This document shows, piece by piece, positions 18,660 to 30,849 of a stretch of 64,000 nucleotides of DNA. Within the stretch, counting starts at the first letter, position 1. Each line of letters begins with the position of its first letter. Both the position numbers and the translations under genes were made by a program. The stretch comes from an uncultured Chloroflexia bacterium (lineage in GTDB: Bacteria > Chloroflexota > Limnocylindria > Limnocylindrales > CSP1-4): assembly GCA_963766735.1 (NCBI GenBank), contig CAVYBU010000017.1:197286-261285 (forward strand), in the 5' to 3' direction. A model generated the notes under the pieces. The model made no database searches and was not told the DNA's origin. It saw nothing but the letters and a program-made list of their open reading frames with translations.

Positions 18660-20156
18660 ATGCCCTCCGATATCCGCGTCCGCATCGCCCCCAGCCCCAC
18701 CGGCCCGCTGCACATCGGGACCGCCCGCACGGCGCTGTTCAACTACCTGTTCGCCCGCCACACCGGCGGCACGTTCCTGCTCCGCCTCGAGGACACCGAC
18801 GTCGCCCGCAGCACAGCGGCGTTTGAGAAGGACATCCTCGATGGTCTCCACTGGCTGGGGATCACCTGGGACGAGGGCCCGGACGTCGCTGGAGCGGGGG
18901 AGGCGGGACCGTATGCCCCCTACCGCCAGATGCAGCGCCTCGCCACCTATGCCGAGGCAGCAGCCCGCCTCCTGGCCGCCGACCAGGCCTACCCCTGCTA
19001 CTGCCTGCCCGAGGAGCTGGCCTCGGACCGCAAGGCGCAGGAAGATGCGAAGCTGCCCGCGAGGTACGGCGGGAGGTGCGCCGCGTTGACCCCGGCGGAG
19101 CGCGCTTCCCGGGAGGCCGAGGGCCGGCCGGCGGCGATCCGCTTCCGTGTCCGTCCCGGAGTCGTGGGCTGGGACGACCTCGTGCGCGACCGCGTCGAAA
19201 TCGACACGGCGAACCTCGGCGGCGACTTCGTCATCGTCCGGGGCGACGGCAACCCGCTCTACCACTTCACCGTGGTCGTGGACGATGCCGCAATGGAGAT
19301 CAGCCACGTGATCCGCGGCGAAGACCACGTCAGCAACACCCCCAAGCACATCCTGCTGTTCGAGGCTCTCGGACACACGCCGCCGGTCTTCGCGCACCTG
19401 CCGCTCATCCTCAACCCGGACGGGACGAAGATGAGCAAGCGCAAGAGCCAGACCGCGGTAGCCGACTACATCGCGCAAGGGTTCCTGCGGGAGGCCCTGG
19501 TCAACTACTTCGCGTTCATGGGCTGGTCGCCCGGGACGGAGGAGGAGGTCTTCTCCCTGGAGGAGCTGACCGAGCGGTTCGAGCTGGACAAGGTCCAGAA
19601 GGGGGGCGCCCGCTTCGACCGGGAGCGGCTCGAGTGGGTCAACGGCCAGTGGATCCGGCGCCTGGACGACGAGGACCTGGTCTCGCGGCTGATGCCATTC
19701 CTGGAGGCGGCGCACGTCGCTGGGCAGATCGACCGGACGCCGGGCGAGGACGAGGTGCACGCGCTGCTGCCGATGGTGCGTGAGCGCCTGCCAACCCTCG
19801 CGGCCGTCGTGGATGTGGTGGGCTTCCTCTGGGTGGAAGACCTGGCGGTCGATGCGGATGCCGTCATCCCGAAGCGGTGGGACGCGGCCACGACCCTCGC
19901 CGGGCTGGGCGCGGCCCGCGCGGCCCTCGCCGCGCACGATGACGTCACCTGGGAGGCGGACGAGCTGGAGCCCCCGCTGCGGGCACTGGTCGAGGCGCAC
20001 GGATGGAAGGCCGGGGACCTGTTCATGGCTATCCGCGTGGCCACCACCGGGAAGACCGCCACGCCGCCGCTGTTCGACACGCTGGTCGCGCTGGGCCGCG
20101 ATCGCACGCTCGCCCGGCTGGACGCGGCGATCGCGGCGCTGGCAGGGGCGGGCTGA
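18660..20156 (+). CDS. gltX: Glutamate--tRNA ligase
   Basis: RIAPSPTG.LHIG, RLEDTD, IRGEDH, KMSKR. Confidence 0.96.
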   Translation: MPSDIRVRIAPSPTGPLHIGTARTALFNYLFARHTGGTFLLRLEDTDVARSTAAFEKDILDGLHWLGITWDEGPDVAGAGEAGPYAPYRQMQRLATYAEAAARLLAADQAYPCYCLPEELASDRKAQEDAKLPARYGGRCAALTPAERASREAEGRPAAIRFRVRPGVVGWDDLVRDRVEIDTANLGGDFVIVRGDGNPLYHFTVVVDDAAMEISHVIRGEDHVSNTPKHILLFEALGHTPPVFAHLPLILNPDGTKMSKRKSQTAVADYIAQGFLREALVNYFAFMGWSPGTEEEVFSLEELTERFELDKVQKGGARFDRERLEWVNGQWIRRLDDEDLVSRLMPFLEAAHVAGQIDRTPGEDEVHALLPMVRERLPTLAAVVDVVGFLWVEDLAVDADAVIPKRWDAATTLAGLGAARAALAAHDDVTWEADELEPPLRALVEAHGWKAGDLFMAIRVATTGKTATPPLFDTLVALGRDRTLARLDAAIAALAGAG

Positions 20157-20208
20157 CGGGGACGGCCATGACACCGCGCCCACAGGCCTGCCCGAACATG
20201 TTCGACGC

Positions 20209-20901
20209 ATGACACGGACGATCCTCGTCGTTGACGACGAGACCACGCTGCGCGACACGCTGGTCGAGGCCCTCGAGATGGAGGGTTATCGAGCCATTCC
20301 CGCCGCCGACGGGCGCGAGGCCCTCATCCGGTTCCGTGCGGACCACCCGGACCTCGTGCTCCTGGACCTGATGCTTCCCGAGCTCTCGGGCGTGGAGGTC
20401 TGCCGCATCCTCCGGGCCGAGTCTGCCGTGCCGATCATCATGCTCACTGCCAAGGATGGCGAGGTGGACAAGGTCGTCGGCCTCGAGCTCGGTGCGGACG
20501 ACTACGTCACGAAGCCGTTCAGCCTGCGGGAGTTGACTGCGCGCATCCGGGCGATCTTCCGCCGGGCGGAGCAGAGGGCCTCCGCGGAGATGCCGGCCAT
20601 CGTGGACCTTGGGCACGTCCAGGTTGACCTCACCGGCCACCGGATCCTGCGGGACGGGGAGCAGGTGCCCCTGAAGCCCAAAGCCTTCGAGCTGCTGGCG
20701 TTCCTCGTCCGGAACCCCGGGCAGGTCTTCACGCGGGACCAGCTCCTGGAGCGTGTCTGGGGCTATGACTACGCGGGCGAGACCCGGACCGTGGACGTCC
20801 ACGTCCATTGGCTCCGGGCGGAGATCGAGGCGGACCCGGCGGTCCCGATGCTCCTCCAGACGGTCCGCGGCGTGGGGTACGTACTCCGCCGCCCGGATTG
20901 A
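20209..20901 (+). CDS. OmpR/PhoB-family response regulator (PhoB/RegX3-like)
   Basis: ILVVDDE, LLDLMLP, LTAK, GADDYVTKPF, RTVDVHVHWLR, TVRGVGY. Confidence 0.92.
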   Translation: MTRTILVVDDETTLRDTLVEALEMEGYRAIPAADGREALIRFRADHPDLVLLDLMLPELSGVEVCRILRAESAVPIIMLTAKDGEVDKVVGLELGADDYVTKPFSLRELTARIRAIFRRAEQRASAEMPAIVDLGHVQVDLTGHRILRDGEQVPLKPKAFELLAFLVRNPGQVFTRDQLLERVWGYDYAGETRTVDVHVHWLRAEIEADPAVPMLLQTVRGVGYVLRRPD

Positions 20902-20920
20902 GCGGCCGCGGCGGGGTGGG

Positions 20921-20964
20921 GGAAGAGTCCCCGGCCCGGTGCGGAAGAGTCCCCGGCCAGGTGC
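20921..20964. repeat. 22-bp tandem repeat x2 (GGAAGAGTCCCCGGCC[C/A]GGTGC)
   Basis: Units at 20921 and 20943, one mismatch. Confidence 0.8.
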
Positions 20965-21048
20965 GGGGGCCCATCGACGTCCGGGCGCCACCGCGGTCGC
21001 CCGGGTCGGGTTGCCTCGCGTGCGACACTTCGGGGCAGGAGTGGCGAG

Positions 21049-23091
21049 ATGACCAAGGATCGTGAGGCGCCGGCGCGCGGGCTTGACCCGTCGACCGTGG
21101 GTCCAACGGGCACAGGTCGAACGGACACGCACCGTGCCATGCGGCCGGTTGCCCCCGCCGTCGATGGCGCCGCCTTCGGTTCCCGCGATGGCGCCGCCTC
21201 CGTGTTCCCGCCGATCGGCGAATACGGCTTCCTGTCCGACGGCGAGGTCACCGCGCTCGTGGCACCCAGCGGCAGCGTCGAGTGGATGTGCCTGCCGCGG
21301 TTCGACTCCCCGAGCGTGTTCGGTGCCATCCTCGACCGCGACGCGGGCCGCTTTCGCCTGGGTCCGGCGGAGGTCATGGTGCCGGCGGCCCGGCGCTACC
21401 TGCCGGGGACGATGGTGCTCGAGACGAGCTGGGGCACCCCGGGCGGCGGCTGGATCATCGTCCGCGACGTCCTCCTGATCGGCCCCTGGCACCACCAGGA
21501 CGGACGGTCTGCCACGCACCGCCGCGCCCCGACGGACTATGACGCCGAGCACGTCCTCCTCAGGACAGTCCGGTGCGTGAGCGGCGAGGTCCAGCTGGCC
21601 ATGGACTGCGAGCCGGTCTTCGACTACGGGCGGCTGCTCGGGGACTGGTCGTACACCGGTGACGACTACTTCCAGGGCATTTGCCAGGCCCCAGGTGTCG
21701 GCGGGGTGACGCTGACGAGCGACATGCGGATGGGGTTCGAGGGGCCGAAGGCGATGGCCAGGACCCTGGTGAAGGATGGGGACACGCGTTTCGTCGCCCT
21801 GTCATGGAGGAGTGGCCGCCCGCCACGGACGACCGAGGAGTGCCACGAGCGGCTCGTCTGGACGGCGCACCATTGGCAGCACTGGCTGGCCCGGGGCCGG
21901 TTTCCGGATCATCCCTGGCGGACCCACCTCCAGCGCTCGGCTCTCACGCTCAAGGGCCTCGCGTACGCGCCCACCGGGGCGATCATCGCCGCCGCGACCA
22001 CCTCGTTGCCGGAGGTACCCGGCGGCGCGCGCAACTGGGACTACCGCTACAGCTGGGTGCGCGATTCCACCTTCGCCCTGTGGGGCCTGTACACGCTGGG
22101 CTTCGACTGGGAGGCGAACGACTTCTTCTTCTTCCTGGCCGACATGGCCGGCACCGACGGTGGCGTCCAGGTGATGTACGGCGTGGGCGGCGAGCGCGTC
22201 CTCACCGAGCGGACGCTGGACCACCTCGCCGGGTACGAGGACTCGCGCCCCGTCCGCGTGGGCAACGCCGCCTTCGAACAGCGCCAGCACGACGTGTGGG
22301 GTTCGATCCTCGACTCGTTCTACCTGCACATCAGGTCGCGAGACCGCATCGACGACCGGATGTGGCCGATCCTGAGCGTCCAGGTCGAGGCAGCGATCGA
22401 GCACTGGCGCGAGCCGGATCGCGGGATCTGGGAGGTTCGCGGGGAGCCGAAGCACTTCACCTCGTCCAAGGTCATGTGCTGGGTGGCGACAGACCGCGGC
22501 GCGCGCCTGGCCAGGCTTCTCGGCGACACGGACACGGCCGCCCGATGGCAGGCGGCGGCCGACGAGATCCACGCCGACGTGCTGGCCCACGCCCTCGACA
22601 AGCGCGGCGTGTTCACCCAGCACTACGACACGGATGCGCTCGATGCGTCGCTGCTCCTGATGCCGCTGGTGCGCTTCCTGCCAGCCGACGACGAACGGCT
22701 GCGCCGGACCGTCCTTGCGATTGCCGACGAGCTCACGGAGGACGGCCTGGTGCTGCGTTACCGGCCCGACCTCACCGACGACGGCCTCGCCGACGGAGAG
22801 GGCGCCTTCACGATCTGCTCCTTCTGGCTCGTGTCGGCCCTGGTCGAGATCGGCGAGCTGGGCCGCGGTCGGCGCCTGTGCGAGCGGCTGCTCTCGCTCG
22901 CCAGCCCGCTCGGCCTGTACGGGGAGGAGACCGATCCGGAGACGGGCCGGCACCTGGGCAACTTCCCACAGGCGTTCACGCACCTCGCGCTGATCAACGC
23001 CGTGATGCACGTCATCGACGCCGAGAGCCGGCACCCGCACTCCGCTCACCACGCATCGTCGTCGGCGGACATCGCCAAGACCGGACGGTGA
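21049..23091 (+). CDS. Glycoside hydrolase family 15 (trehalase/glucoamylase-like)
   Basis: AAATTSLPE..GG.RNWDYRYSW.RD, GIWEVRG, FTSSKVMCW, LGNFPQAFTH. Confidence 0.9.
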   Translation: MTKDREAPARGLDPSTVGPTGTGRTDTHRAMRPVAPAVDGAAFGSRDGAASVFPPIGEYGFLSDGEVTALVAPSGSVEWMCLPRFDSPSVFGAILDRDAGRFRLGPAEVMVPAARRYLPGTMVLETSWGTPGGGWIIVRDVLLIGPWHHQDGRSATHRRAPTDYDAEHVLLRTVRCVSGEVQLAMDCEPVFDYGRLLGDWSYTGDDYFQGICQAPGVGGVTLTSDMRMGFEGPKAMARTLVKDGDTRFVALSWRSGRPPRTTEECHERLVWTAHHWQHWLARGRFPDHPWRTHLQRSALTLKGLAYAPTGAIIAAATTSLPEVPGGARNWDYRYSWVRDSTFALWGLYTLGFDWEANDFFFFLADMAGTDGGVQVMYGVGGERVLTERTLDHLAGYEDSRPVRVGNAAFEQRQHDVWGSILDSFYLHIRSRDRIDDRMWPILSVQVEAAIEHWREPDRGIWEVRGEPKHFTSSKVMCWVATDRGARLARLLGDTDTAARWQAAADEIHADVLAHALDKRGVFTQHYDTDALDASLLLMPLVRFLPADDERLRRTVLAIADELTEDGLVLRYRPDLTDDGLADGEGAFTICSFWLVSALVEIGELGRGRRLCERLLSLASPLGLYGEETDPETGRHLGNFPQAFTHLALINAVMHVIDAESRHPHSAHHASSSADIAKTGR

Positions 23092-23220
23092 GCGCGTCGG
23101 TGGCGCCCGATGCGGAGGACGGCCAGCCCGACGACGGCGACAGGTAGCGCCTTCGCGTCCGGCGTCGACTACGTGTTCCCGCGGGACTGACGCGCCGCGC
23201 GAGCGCGCAGGGGCCGCCGT

Positions 23221-23835
23221 TCAGGCGTTCTTGGCGACGATGAGCTCCAGGACCTCGCCCGCGTCCTCGGCGGCGTCGATCATGTTCTCCATGGCCGTGT
23301 AGATGTCACGCCACTTGATGACGTCGATTGCCTCGTGGCCGCCGCGGAACAGGCGCGCCACAGCGGCGCGGGACAGGCCGTCCGCCTCGTTCTCGAGGTC
23401 GTGGACCGCCTTGAGGTGCGGCTCCAGGTCCTTGAGCCGATCCAGCTTGCCGATGGCATCGTTCAACTGGCCTGCCTGCGCGGCCAGGACGCCCGCCAGG
23501 CGGCGCGCATCGTCGGTCGGCTCCTTGACGTCGTAGATGACGAACGTCTCCGCGACCTCCTGGATGCGGTCGAGCACGTCGTCCATCCGCGACACCAGGT
23601 CATGAATGTCCTCGCGGTCGAACGGGGTGATGAACGCGCGATCGAGGCGCACCTCGACCTCGATCTCGATCTCGTCGCCGTGGTGTTCGAGCGCCCGGAT
23701 CTCGGCGACGCGCTCGTCGAGCCGGTCATAGGTGCCGATCATGTCCTCGAGCCTGCGGGCTGCGTCGAGCGTGGTCCTGGCGTAGTCGACGAACAGCTCC
23801 TGGAACTTCTCGTCCTTCGGGATCAGTCGCACCAT
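23221..23835 (-). CDS. DUF47 / PhoU-like phosphate transport regulator
   Basis: LEHHGD...FITPFDREDI...LENEAD...IKWRDIY; directly downstream of pit. Confidence 0.9.
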   Translation of the reverse strand: MVRLIPKDEKFQELFVDYARTTLDAARRLEDMIGTYDRLDERVAEIRALEHHGDEIEIEVEVRLDRAFITPFDREDIHDLVSRMDDVLDRIQEVAETFVIYDVKEPTDDARRLAGVLAAQAGQLNDAIGKLDRLKDLEPHLKAVHDLENEADGLSRAAVARLFRGGHEAIDVIKWRDIYTAMENMIDAAEDAGEVLELIVAKNA

Positions 23836-23902
23836 CGTGGTCCCCTTCGCTGGTTCGTGGAGGTTGTGCTGGTCTGGCGCGGCCGGATGCCGCAGGTGTC
23901 GG

Positions 23903-24907
23903 TCACCCCATGCCGACGGCGTTCAGGACGTACCACGAGAGTGCCCCGAAGAACATCGTCGCCGGGAACGTGAGCACCCAGGCGCCCAGGATGCTGCGGG
24001 CGACGCCCCAGCGGACACCCTTCACGCCCTTGGTCGACCCGACACCCATGATCGCGCTCGAGATGACGTGCGTCGTCGAGACCGGCATGCCGAACACGGC
24101 GGCACCGTAGATCACGGTTGCTGCGGTCGTCTCTGCGGCGAACCCGTGGATGGGCTCGAGGTCCACGACCCTATGCCCCATCGTGTGCATGATCCGCCAG
24201 CCGCCGACCGCCGTGCCCAGGCTGAGCGCGGTGGCGGAGATCACGATCACCGGCACCGGGATGGTCTGTGCGTCGGGAAGAACGCCGCCGGCGACCAGCG
24301 CCAGGGTGATGATGCCCATCGTCTTCTGGGCATCGTTGGAGCCGTGGGCGAACGCCATGAACCCGGCCGAGAAGACCTGTGCCCGACGGAAGCCCGTGGT
24401 GAGCGGACGGCGCCGGACGCGACGGAAGACCCAGTAGAGCAGGAGCATCAGCCCGAACGCGATGGTGAAGCCGATGATCGGCGACGTGACCAGGGGGATG
24501 ATGACCTTGTTCCAGATGCCCGGCAGGTTCAGCTGGTCGAAGCCCGCGCCGACGATCGTCGCGCCCAGCAGGCCGCCAATCAGTGCGTGGCTGCTGGAGC
24601 TGGGCAGGCCCAGCCTCCACGTGATGAGGTTCCACGTGATCGCGCCGATGAGCGCCGCGGCCACGATCGCCTGCGTGGTGCTGGCGTCGTCGACGAGGCC
24701 GGCGCCGATGGTCTTGGCAACCGCTGTGCCGGCGAATGCGCCGATGAAGTTGAATGAGGCCGCCATGAGGATGGCGTACTGCGGCCGCAGCGCCTTCGTG
24801 GCGACCGAGGTGGCGATCGCGTTCGCCGTGTCGTGAAAGCCGTTGACGTAGTCGAAGAAGACAGCGAGCGCAATGACGACGAGAAGCGTGAGGGTGATGC
24901 CTTCCAC
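23903..24907 (-). CDS. pit: Inorganic phosphate transporter, PiT family
   Basis: NGFHDTANAIAT, PSSSSHALIGG, HGSNDAQKTMG, PVSTTH. Confidence 0.93.
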   Translation of the reverse strand: MEGITLTLLVVIALAVFFDYVNGFHDTANAIATSVATKALRPQYAILMAASFNFIGAFAGTAVAKTIGAGLVDDASTTQAIVAAALIGAITWNLITWRLGLPSSSSHALIGGLLGATIVGAGFDQLNLPGIWNKVIIPLVTSPIIGFTIAFGLMLLLYWVFRRVRRRPLTTGFRRAQVFSAGFMAFAHGSNDAQKTMGIITLALVAGGVLPDAQTIPVPVIVISATALSLGTAVGGWRIMHTMGHRVVDLEPIHGFAAETTAATVIYGAAVFGMPVSTTHVISSAIMGVGSTKGVKGVRWGVARSILGAWVLTFPATMFFGALSWYVLNAVGMG

Positions 24908-25133
24908 GATGCCGGCGCGCCTCGAGTGCGTGTTGGGTCGAGAAGTCGCGCGGGCGGCCGGACGAACCGGCGCCAGTGTCCGCGATCACCGGAGCATACC
25001 GGCGATCGCGGCGCGCGATGGACACTGTTCGCGGACGCCACCAGGGGCCGCGAGGAGGCCGACCCGGCCAGACGCCCGATGGGCAGCGCAGGCCGATTGC
25101 AGTCCCGCGCGCCTCGCCCGGTATCCTTCGGCC

Positions 25134-26852
<1,719 letters not shown>

Positions 26853-26871
26853 CCCCGGCGGGCCGCCGACC

Positions 26872-27978
26872 GTGCCCGCCCCGCTCGTCCCGGACGACGA
26901 CCTCTACGCGCGCCTGGGACTGGCCGACAACGCCTCTCCCGAGGCGATCGAGCTCGCCTGGCGCGGGCTCCTGAAGCTGCACCACCCGGATGTCGCGGGC
27001 TCCGGCGGGGAGGCGCTTGAGCGCGCGAAGCGGATCAACGTCGCCCACGACTGGCTGGCGGATCCATCCCTGCGTGCCCGGTACGACCGGGAGCGCCTGG
27101 GCGTCCCAGGCGGGCGCGGCGTGCGGTGGCACGGACCGCTCCGGCGCCCGGCGCGACCGTCGCGGCCTCCGGGCGCTCCCTCGCCCGCCCGCTCCCGGCC
27201 CGTCCGCCCGCGAACGGATCTCGTCCGCGGGGACCCGGCAGAGCGCCTCGCCCGGTTTCTCGCTCGCGTTGAGCGCCTCACCCCGGATGAGCTGGACCGC
27301 CTGGCGGCTGCGGAGCCGCCGCCGATCGCGTTCCTCGCCACGGTCCGCCGGTTCCTCACGCCGGACGCGCGGGCATCGTTCGCCGCGGCCGAAGCGGGCC
27401 TGGCGGCCCGCGTCCCGCCCGAGCGCTGGGCGGTGGCCGGGCTCCGGGAAGGGCTCCTCGGCGTCGCCGCGGAGCTGGTCCTGGCCGCATTCCTGGACGA
27501 TGCCCTGGCGGAGCCCTTCCGCGGTCGCGCCCGGGAGCGCCTGCTGCGGGCCTGGGAGGCGTCGGTCGACCAGCCCCGATACGGGCCAAACGCCCTCGCG
27601 GTGGCCGTGGTGCGCGACCGTGTCGCCGCGATGACGCGTCCGGAGCTGGCGGCATTCCTCCGCGCGTCACAGGGGATCGCGGGGGCGGATCGCCCGTGGC
27701 CCGCGGCCCTGGACCTCGACGAGGACGAGGCGTTGCGGATCTCCGCGGAGCTCGCGGCCCGGGACGTCGCCGCGGCGCTTGCCGTGGCGGATCTCCCGCC
27801 GGCAGTCGCCCTGCGCGCGCGGAGGCTGGCGGCCCGACTCGGGCACGTGGTGGCCCTGAAGCACGCGTTCCCCGCCGCGACCTACGCCTCGCTCGTCGCG
27901 CCGTTCGCTGCTGCGACCGGGACGACCGGCGCCGCGGCGCAGCAGGACCCGGGACCGGGCGTCCGGCGCGCGCGCTGA
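26872..27978 (+). CDS. J-domain protein with uncharacterised Ala-rich helical C-terminal region
   Basis: DLYARLGL...[12 protein letters not shown]...[20 protein letters not shown]. Confidence 0.8.
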   Translation: MPAPLVPDDDLYARLGLADNASPEAIELAWRGLLKLHHPDVAGSGGEALERAKRINVAHDWLADPSLRARYDRERLGVPGGRGVRWHGPLRRPARPSRPPGAPSPARSRPVRPRTDLVRGDPAERLARFLARVERLTPDELDRLAAAEPPPIAFLATVRRFLTPDARASFAAAEAGLAARVPPERWAVAGLREGLLGVAAELVLAAFLDDALAEPFRGRARERLLRAWEASVDQPRYGPNALAVAVVRDRVAAMTRPELAAFLRASQGIAGADRPWPAALDLDEDEALRISAELAARDVAAALAVADLPPAVALRARRLAARLGHVVALKHAFPAATYASLVAPFAAATGTTGAAAQQDPGPGVRRAR

Positions 27979-28006
27979 CCACCCCTGCTGTGCGATCCTC
28001 GACCCC

Positions 28007-29185
28007 ATGGAGTCGCTGACGCTGATCGTGCTCTTCGGGCTGGGCCTTGCGCTGGCCGCGGCGCTGCTGGTCATCCGGCGCCGCGACGATTTGATCGACG
28101 TTCTCCTGACCGGGGCGGCTGCCGGCCGGGAGGCTGCCCGGGCCACCACGCCCGGGGCTGCCCTCGCGACCGACCCTGCCGACGACCTGATCCCCGTCGG
28201 CGTCCTGCGGGTGGTCGACGGTCAGGTCTCGCGCGCGAACACCCGTGCCCATGGGCTCCTCGGGATCGCCCCCGGCCATCTCGTCGGCAGGTCCGTCATG
28301 GAGACCTTCCTGGACACCCGGATCGAGACCCTCCTCGCTGGCATCGTGCCCGGAGGATCGGCAACGGCTGAACTGAAGATGCCGGGTCCGGACGAGGGGG
28401 TCGTCGCCCTGCGCGCGTCCCGCCTCGACGGGGCGGGCCTGCTGGTGATCCTGGAGGACGTCTCGGAGCTCCGCCGCCTGCAGCACATCCGCACGGCGTT
28501 CATCGACAACCTGAGCCACGAGCTCCGCACCCCGCTCTCCACCGTCAGCCTCCTCGCGGAGACGCTGGCACGCGAGGCCGAGACGAACGAGATCCCCCCC
28601 CGGATGCGCGACCGCATCGCCAGGATCGAGGTGGAGACCGGCCACCTTGTCCAGATGGTCAACGAGCTGCTGGACCTCGCCCGCATCGAGGGTGGCACCC
28701 AGCTCGACATGGTTGACGGCGTGGACCTCGGCCACCTGGCGGAGAGCTCCGTGGAACGCCTCCGGCTGTTCGCCGAGCGGCAGGGAGCGAGCCTCGTCGT
28801 GGCGGTGGAGCCGGGGACCCCTCGGATCCGTGGCGACGAGGCCCGCCTGGGGCAGGTCATCGTCAACCTCGTCCACAACGCGGTGAAGTTCAGCCCTGAC
28901 GGCGGCGAGGTCCGGGTCCTCGTCGGCCCGATCCCGGACGCCGTGGAGGTTGCCGTCGTTGACCACGGCATCGGCATCGCCCCGGCCGACCGCGACCGCG
29001 TCTTCGAGCGCTTCTACAAGGCGGACCGTGCCCGCGTGCGAGAGGGCGGAACGGGCCTCGGCCTGTCCATCGCCCGGCATATCCTTGAAGGGCACGGTGG
29101 CCGAATCCGCGTCGAGTCCGAGCTCGGTCGCGGCTCTACCTTCTCGTTCACCATCCCGCTTGTTCCCGCCGATACCGGCGCCTGA
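28007..29185 (+). CDS. Sensor histidine kinase (PhoR/SenX3-like; one TM, PAS-like domain)
   Basis: [39 protein letters not shown]. Confidence 0.92.
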   Translation: MESLTLIVLFGLGLALAAALLVIRRRDDLIDVLLTGAAAGREAARATTPGAALATDPADDLIPVGVLRVVDGQVSRANTRAHGLLGIAPGHLVGRSVMETFLDTRIETLLAGIVPGGSATAELKMPGPDEGVVALRASRLDGAGLLVILEDVSELRRLQHIRTAFIDNLSHELRTPLSTVSLLAETLAREAETNEIPPRMRDRIARIEVETGHLVQMVNELLDLARIEGGTQLDMVDGVDLGHLAESSVERLRLFAERQGASLVVAVEPGTPRIRGDEARLGQVIVNLVHNAVKFSPDGGEVRVLVGPIPDAVEVAVVDHGIGIAPADRDRVFERFYKADRARVREGGTGLGLSIARHILEGHGGRIRVESELGRGSTFSFTIPLVPADTGA

Positions 29186-29200
29186 TCCGGAGGACCCCGC

Positions 29201-30634
29201 GTGGAGCGCCTGCTCGTCGCGACGATGAACATCCTCAACCTGGCCGACCGCTGGGAGGAGCGCCTGCCGCTCCTGCTCGCCGACATGGCGGCGCTCCAGC
29301 CGGATCTCATCGGCCTCAACGAGGTGGTCTACACGATGCAGCAGGACCGGCTCCTGGGTGCGGCCGGCGAGGGACGCTACGAGGCCGTCCGCGGCTGGGC
29401 CGGCAGGCCCGAGTACGGCAACAGCCTGCTTGTCAGGGCGCCGCTCGTCGCTACGGACTACGACCGCCTGGACCTGGGCATGGCGCGGTCCGCGCATCGC
29501 GTGAGGATCACGCTCCGGGGCGGCGCCCGGCTCCTGTTCGCGGTCACGCACCTCCACAACCTCCCGGATGACCACGAGGTCCGCCTTGGCCAGGTCGGCC
29601 AACTGCTGGCCTGGCTGGATGCGGCGCCGGAGCACGAGGCGGTGATCCTCGTCGGCGACTTCAACGCGGACCCGCAGGAACCCGCCTACGCGGCGATGGG
29701 CGCAGCAGGTTTCGCGTCCGCCTATGCCGCCGTCCATGGCGCGGAGCCCCCTGTCACCTGGCCCACGGGCCTGGTCGCGCCGATGGGGGACACCGATGGC
29801 GAGCCGCGCTGCCTCGACTACATCTGGGTCCGCGGCGCGGTGGAAGTGGAGGACGCCCGCCTCGCGTTCGATCGGCCGGCCGTCGGTGACCCCACGCTCT
29901 TCCCGTCCGACCACTTCGGCGTGGCAGCACACGTCCGGATCGGGAAGCGGCGCGCCACGCTGGGATCGGGACGACGGACGCTCCGCCTGGCTCACCGCGG
30001 TGACACGCGCGTGGCGCCCGAGAACACGCTGAACTCACTTCTCGCGGCGATGGCTGTCCCCGGCTGTGACGGGGTGGAGTTCGACGTGCGTCTGAGCATG
30101 GACGGCGTGCCGGTGCTCCTGCACGACAAGACGCTCGAGCGGGTCCAGGGCCGGCCGGGCCGCGTCGACGGCATGTCGGCGATCGAGCTCGCGGCCGCCG
30201 GCGTGCCCACCCTGGCCGAGATCCTCGCGGCCATGCCGGCGCCCGCCTTCCTGAACGTTGAGCTCAAGGGCGACAAGCACGGCGACGCCACCGCGAACGT
30301 GCTCCGGGCAGGCCGCGGGGAGGAGGGCGAGGACGCGGTCGTCTCCTCGTTCGAACCGGCGACGATTGCCGCGATGGCGGATCGCCTCCCCGGCTGGAAC
30401 CGGTGGCTGATCGTCTCGGACCTGGAGCCCGACACGATCTCGCGGGCTCTCGGGTTGGGGTGTGTCGGGGTGTCGGTGAAGTTGGCCGCCCTGAAGCCGG
30501 CGCCCATCCAGGCCGCGCGAGAGGCGGGGCTCGACGTGGTGGCCTGGTCGATCCGGCGACGGGCCACGTTCAACCGGCTGGTCAGGCTGGGCGTCGTGGC
30601 CTGCTGCGTGGTGGACGCCGCGCTCGACGGGTGA
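29201..30634 (+). CDS. Fusion: endonuclease/exonuclease/phosphatase (EEP) domain + glycerophosphodiester phosphodiesterase (GDPD) domain
   Basis: EEP motifs TMNI, LNEV, VTHL, GDFN, LDYI, SDH; GDPD motifs AHRG, PENT, EFDVR, HD, NVELK, all in one frame. Confidence 0.8.
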   Translation: MERLLVATMNILNLADRWEERLPLLLADMAALQPDLIGLNEVVYTMQQDRLLGAAGEGRYEAVRGWAGRPEYGNSLLVRAPLVATDYDRLDLGMARSAHRVRITLRGGARLLFAVTHLHNLPDDHEVRLGQVGQLLAWLDAAPEHEAVILVGDFNADPQEPAYAAMGAAGFASAYAAVHGAEPPVTWPTGLVAPMGDTDGEPRCLDYIWVRGAVEVEDARLAFDRPAVGDPTLFPSDHFGVAAHVRIGKRRATLGSGRRTLRLAHRGDTRVAPENTLNSLLAAMAVPGCDGVEFDVRLSMDGVPVLLHDKTLERVQGRPGRVDGMSAIELAAAGVPTLAEILAAMPAPAFLNVELKGDKHGDATANVLRAGRGEEGEDAVVSSFEPATIAAMADRLPGWNRWLIVSDLEPDTISRALGLGCVGVSVKLAALKPAPIQAAREAGLDVVAWSIRRRATFNRLVRLGVVACCVVDAALDG

Positions 30635-30705
30635 CGGCAGTCAGTCGGCGACGACGTGTGCCGTATCGTGGCGCCACCAACTGCGGAGCTGGCCCGGGAG
30701 GCGAC

Positions 30706-30849
30706 GTGAGCAGGTACGCGATCGGTGTCGACTTCGGCACCTGCGTGATCCTCGAGGCGCTCGAGGCAAACAACTTCGGGCGCGGCGAGGACAACGTGAT
30801 GAAGACGCTCCGGGGCCCGCTTGTCCGGGCGAAGGCGGAGGCGGGCTGA
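30706..30849 (+). pseudogene. Internally deleted ribulokinase (araB-like) remnant
   Basis: GGAGG RBS + VSRYAIGVDFGT (FGGY kinase N-terminus) joined to FGRGEDNVMKTLR (ribulokinase C-terminus-like); 47 aa; stop overlaps the next ATG. Confidence 0.7.

Noticed and set aside
20193-20204. Perfect palindrome CGAACATGTTCG upstream of the response regulator, as a LexA box
   Set aside because: Spacer is 2 nt rather than the GAAC-N4-GTTC of Gram-positive-type SOS boxes; single occurrence.
23088-23190. Short coding-like fragment ending SGVDYVFPRD* after the GH15 gene
   Set aside because: Too short and interrupted by a stop; cannot be assigned from sequence alone.
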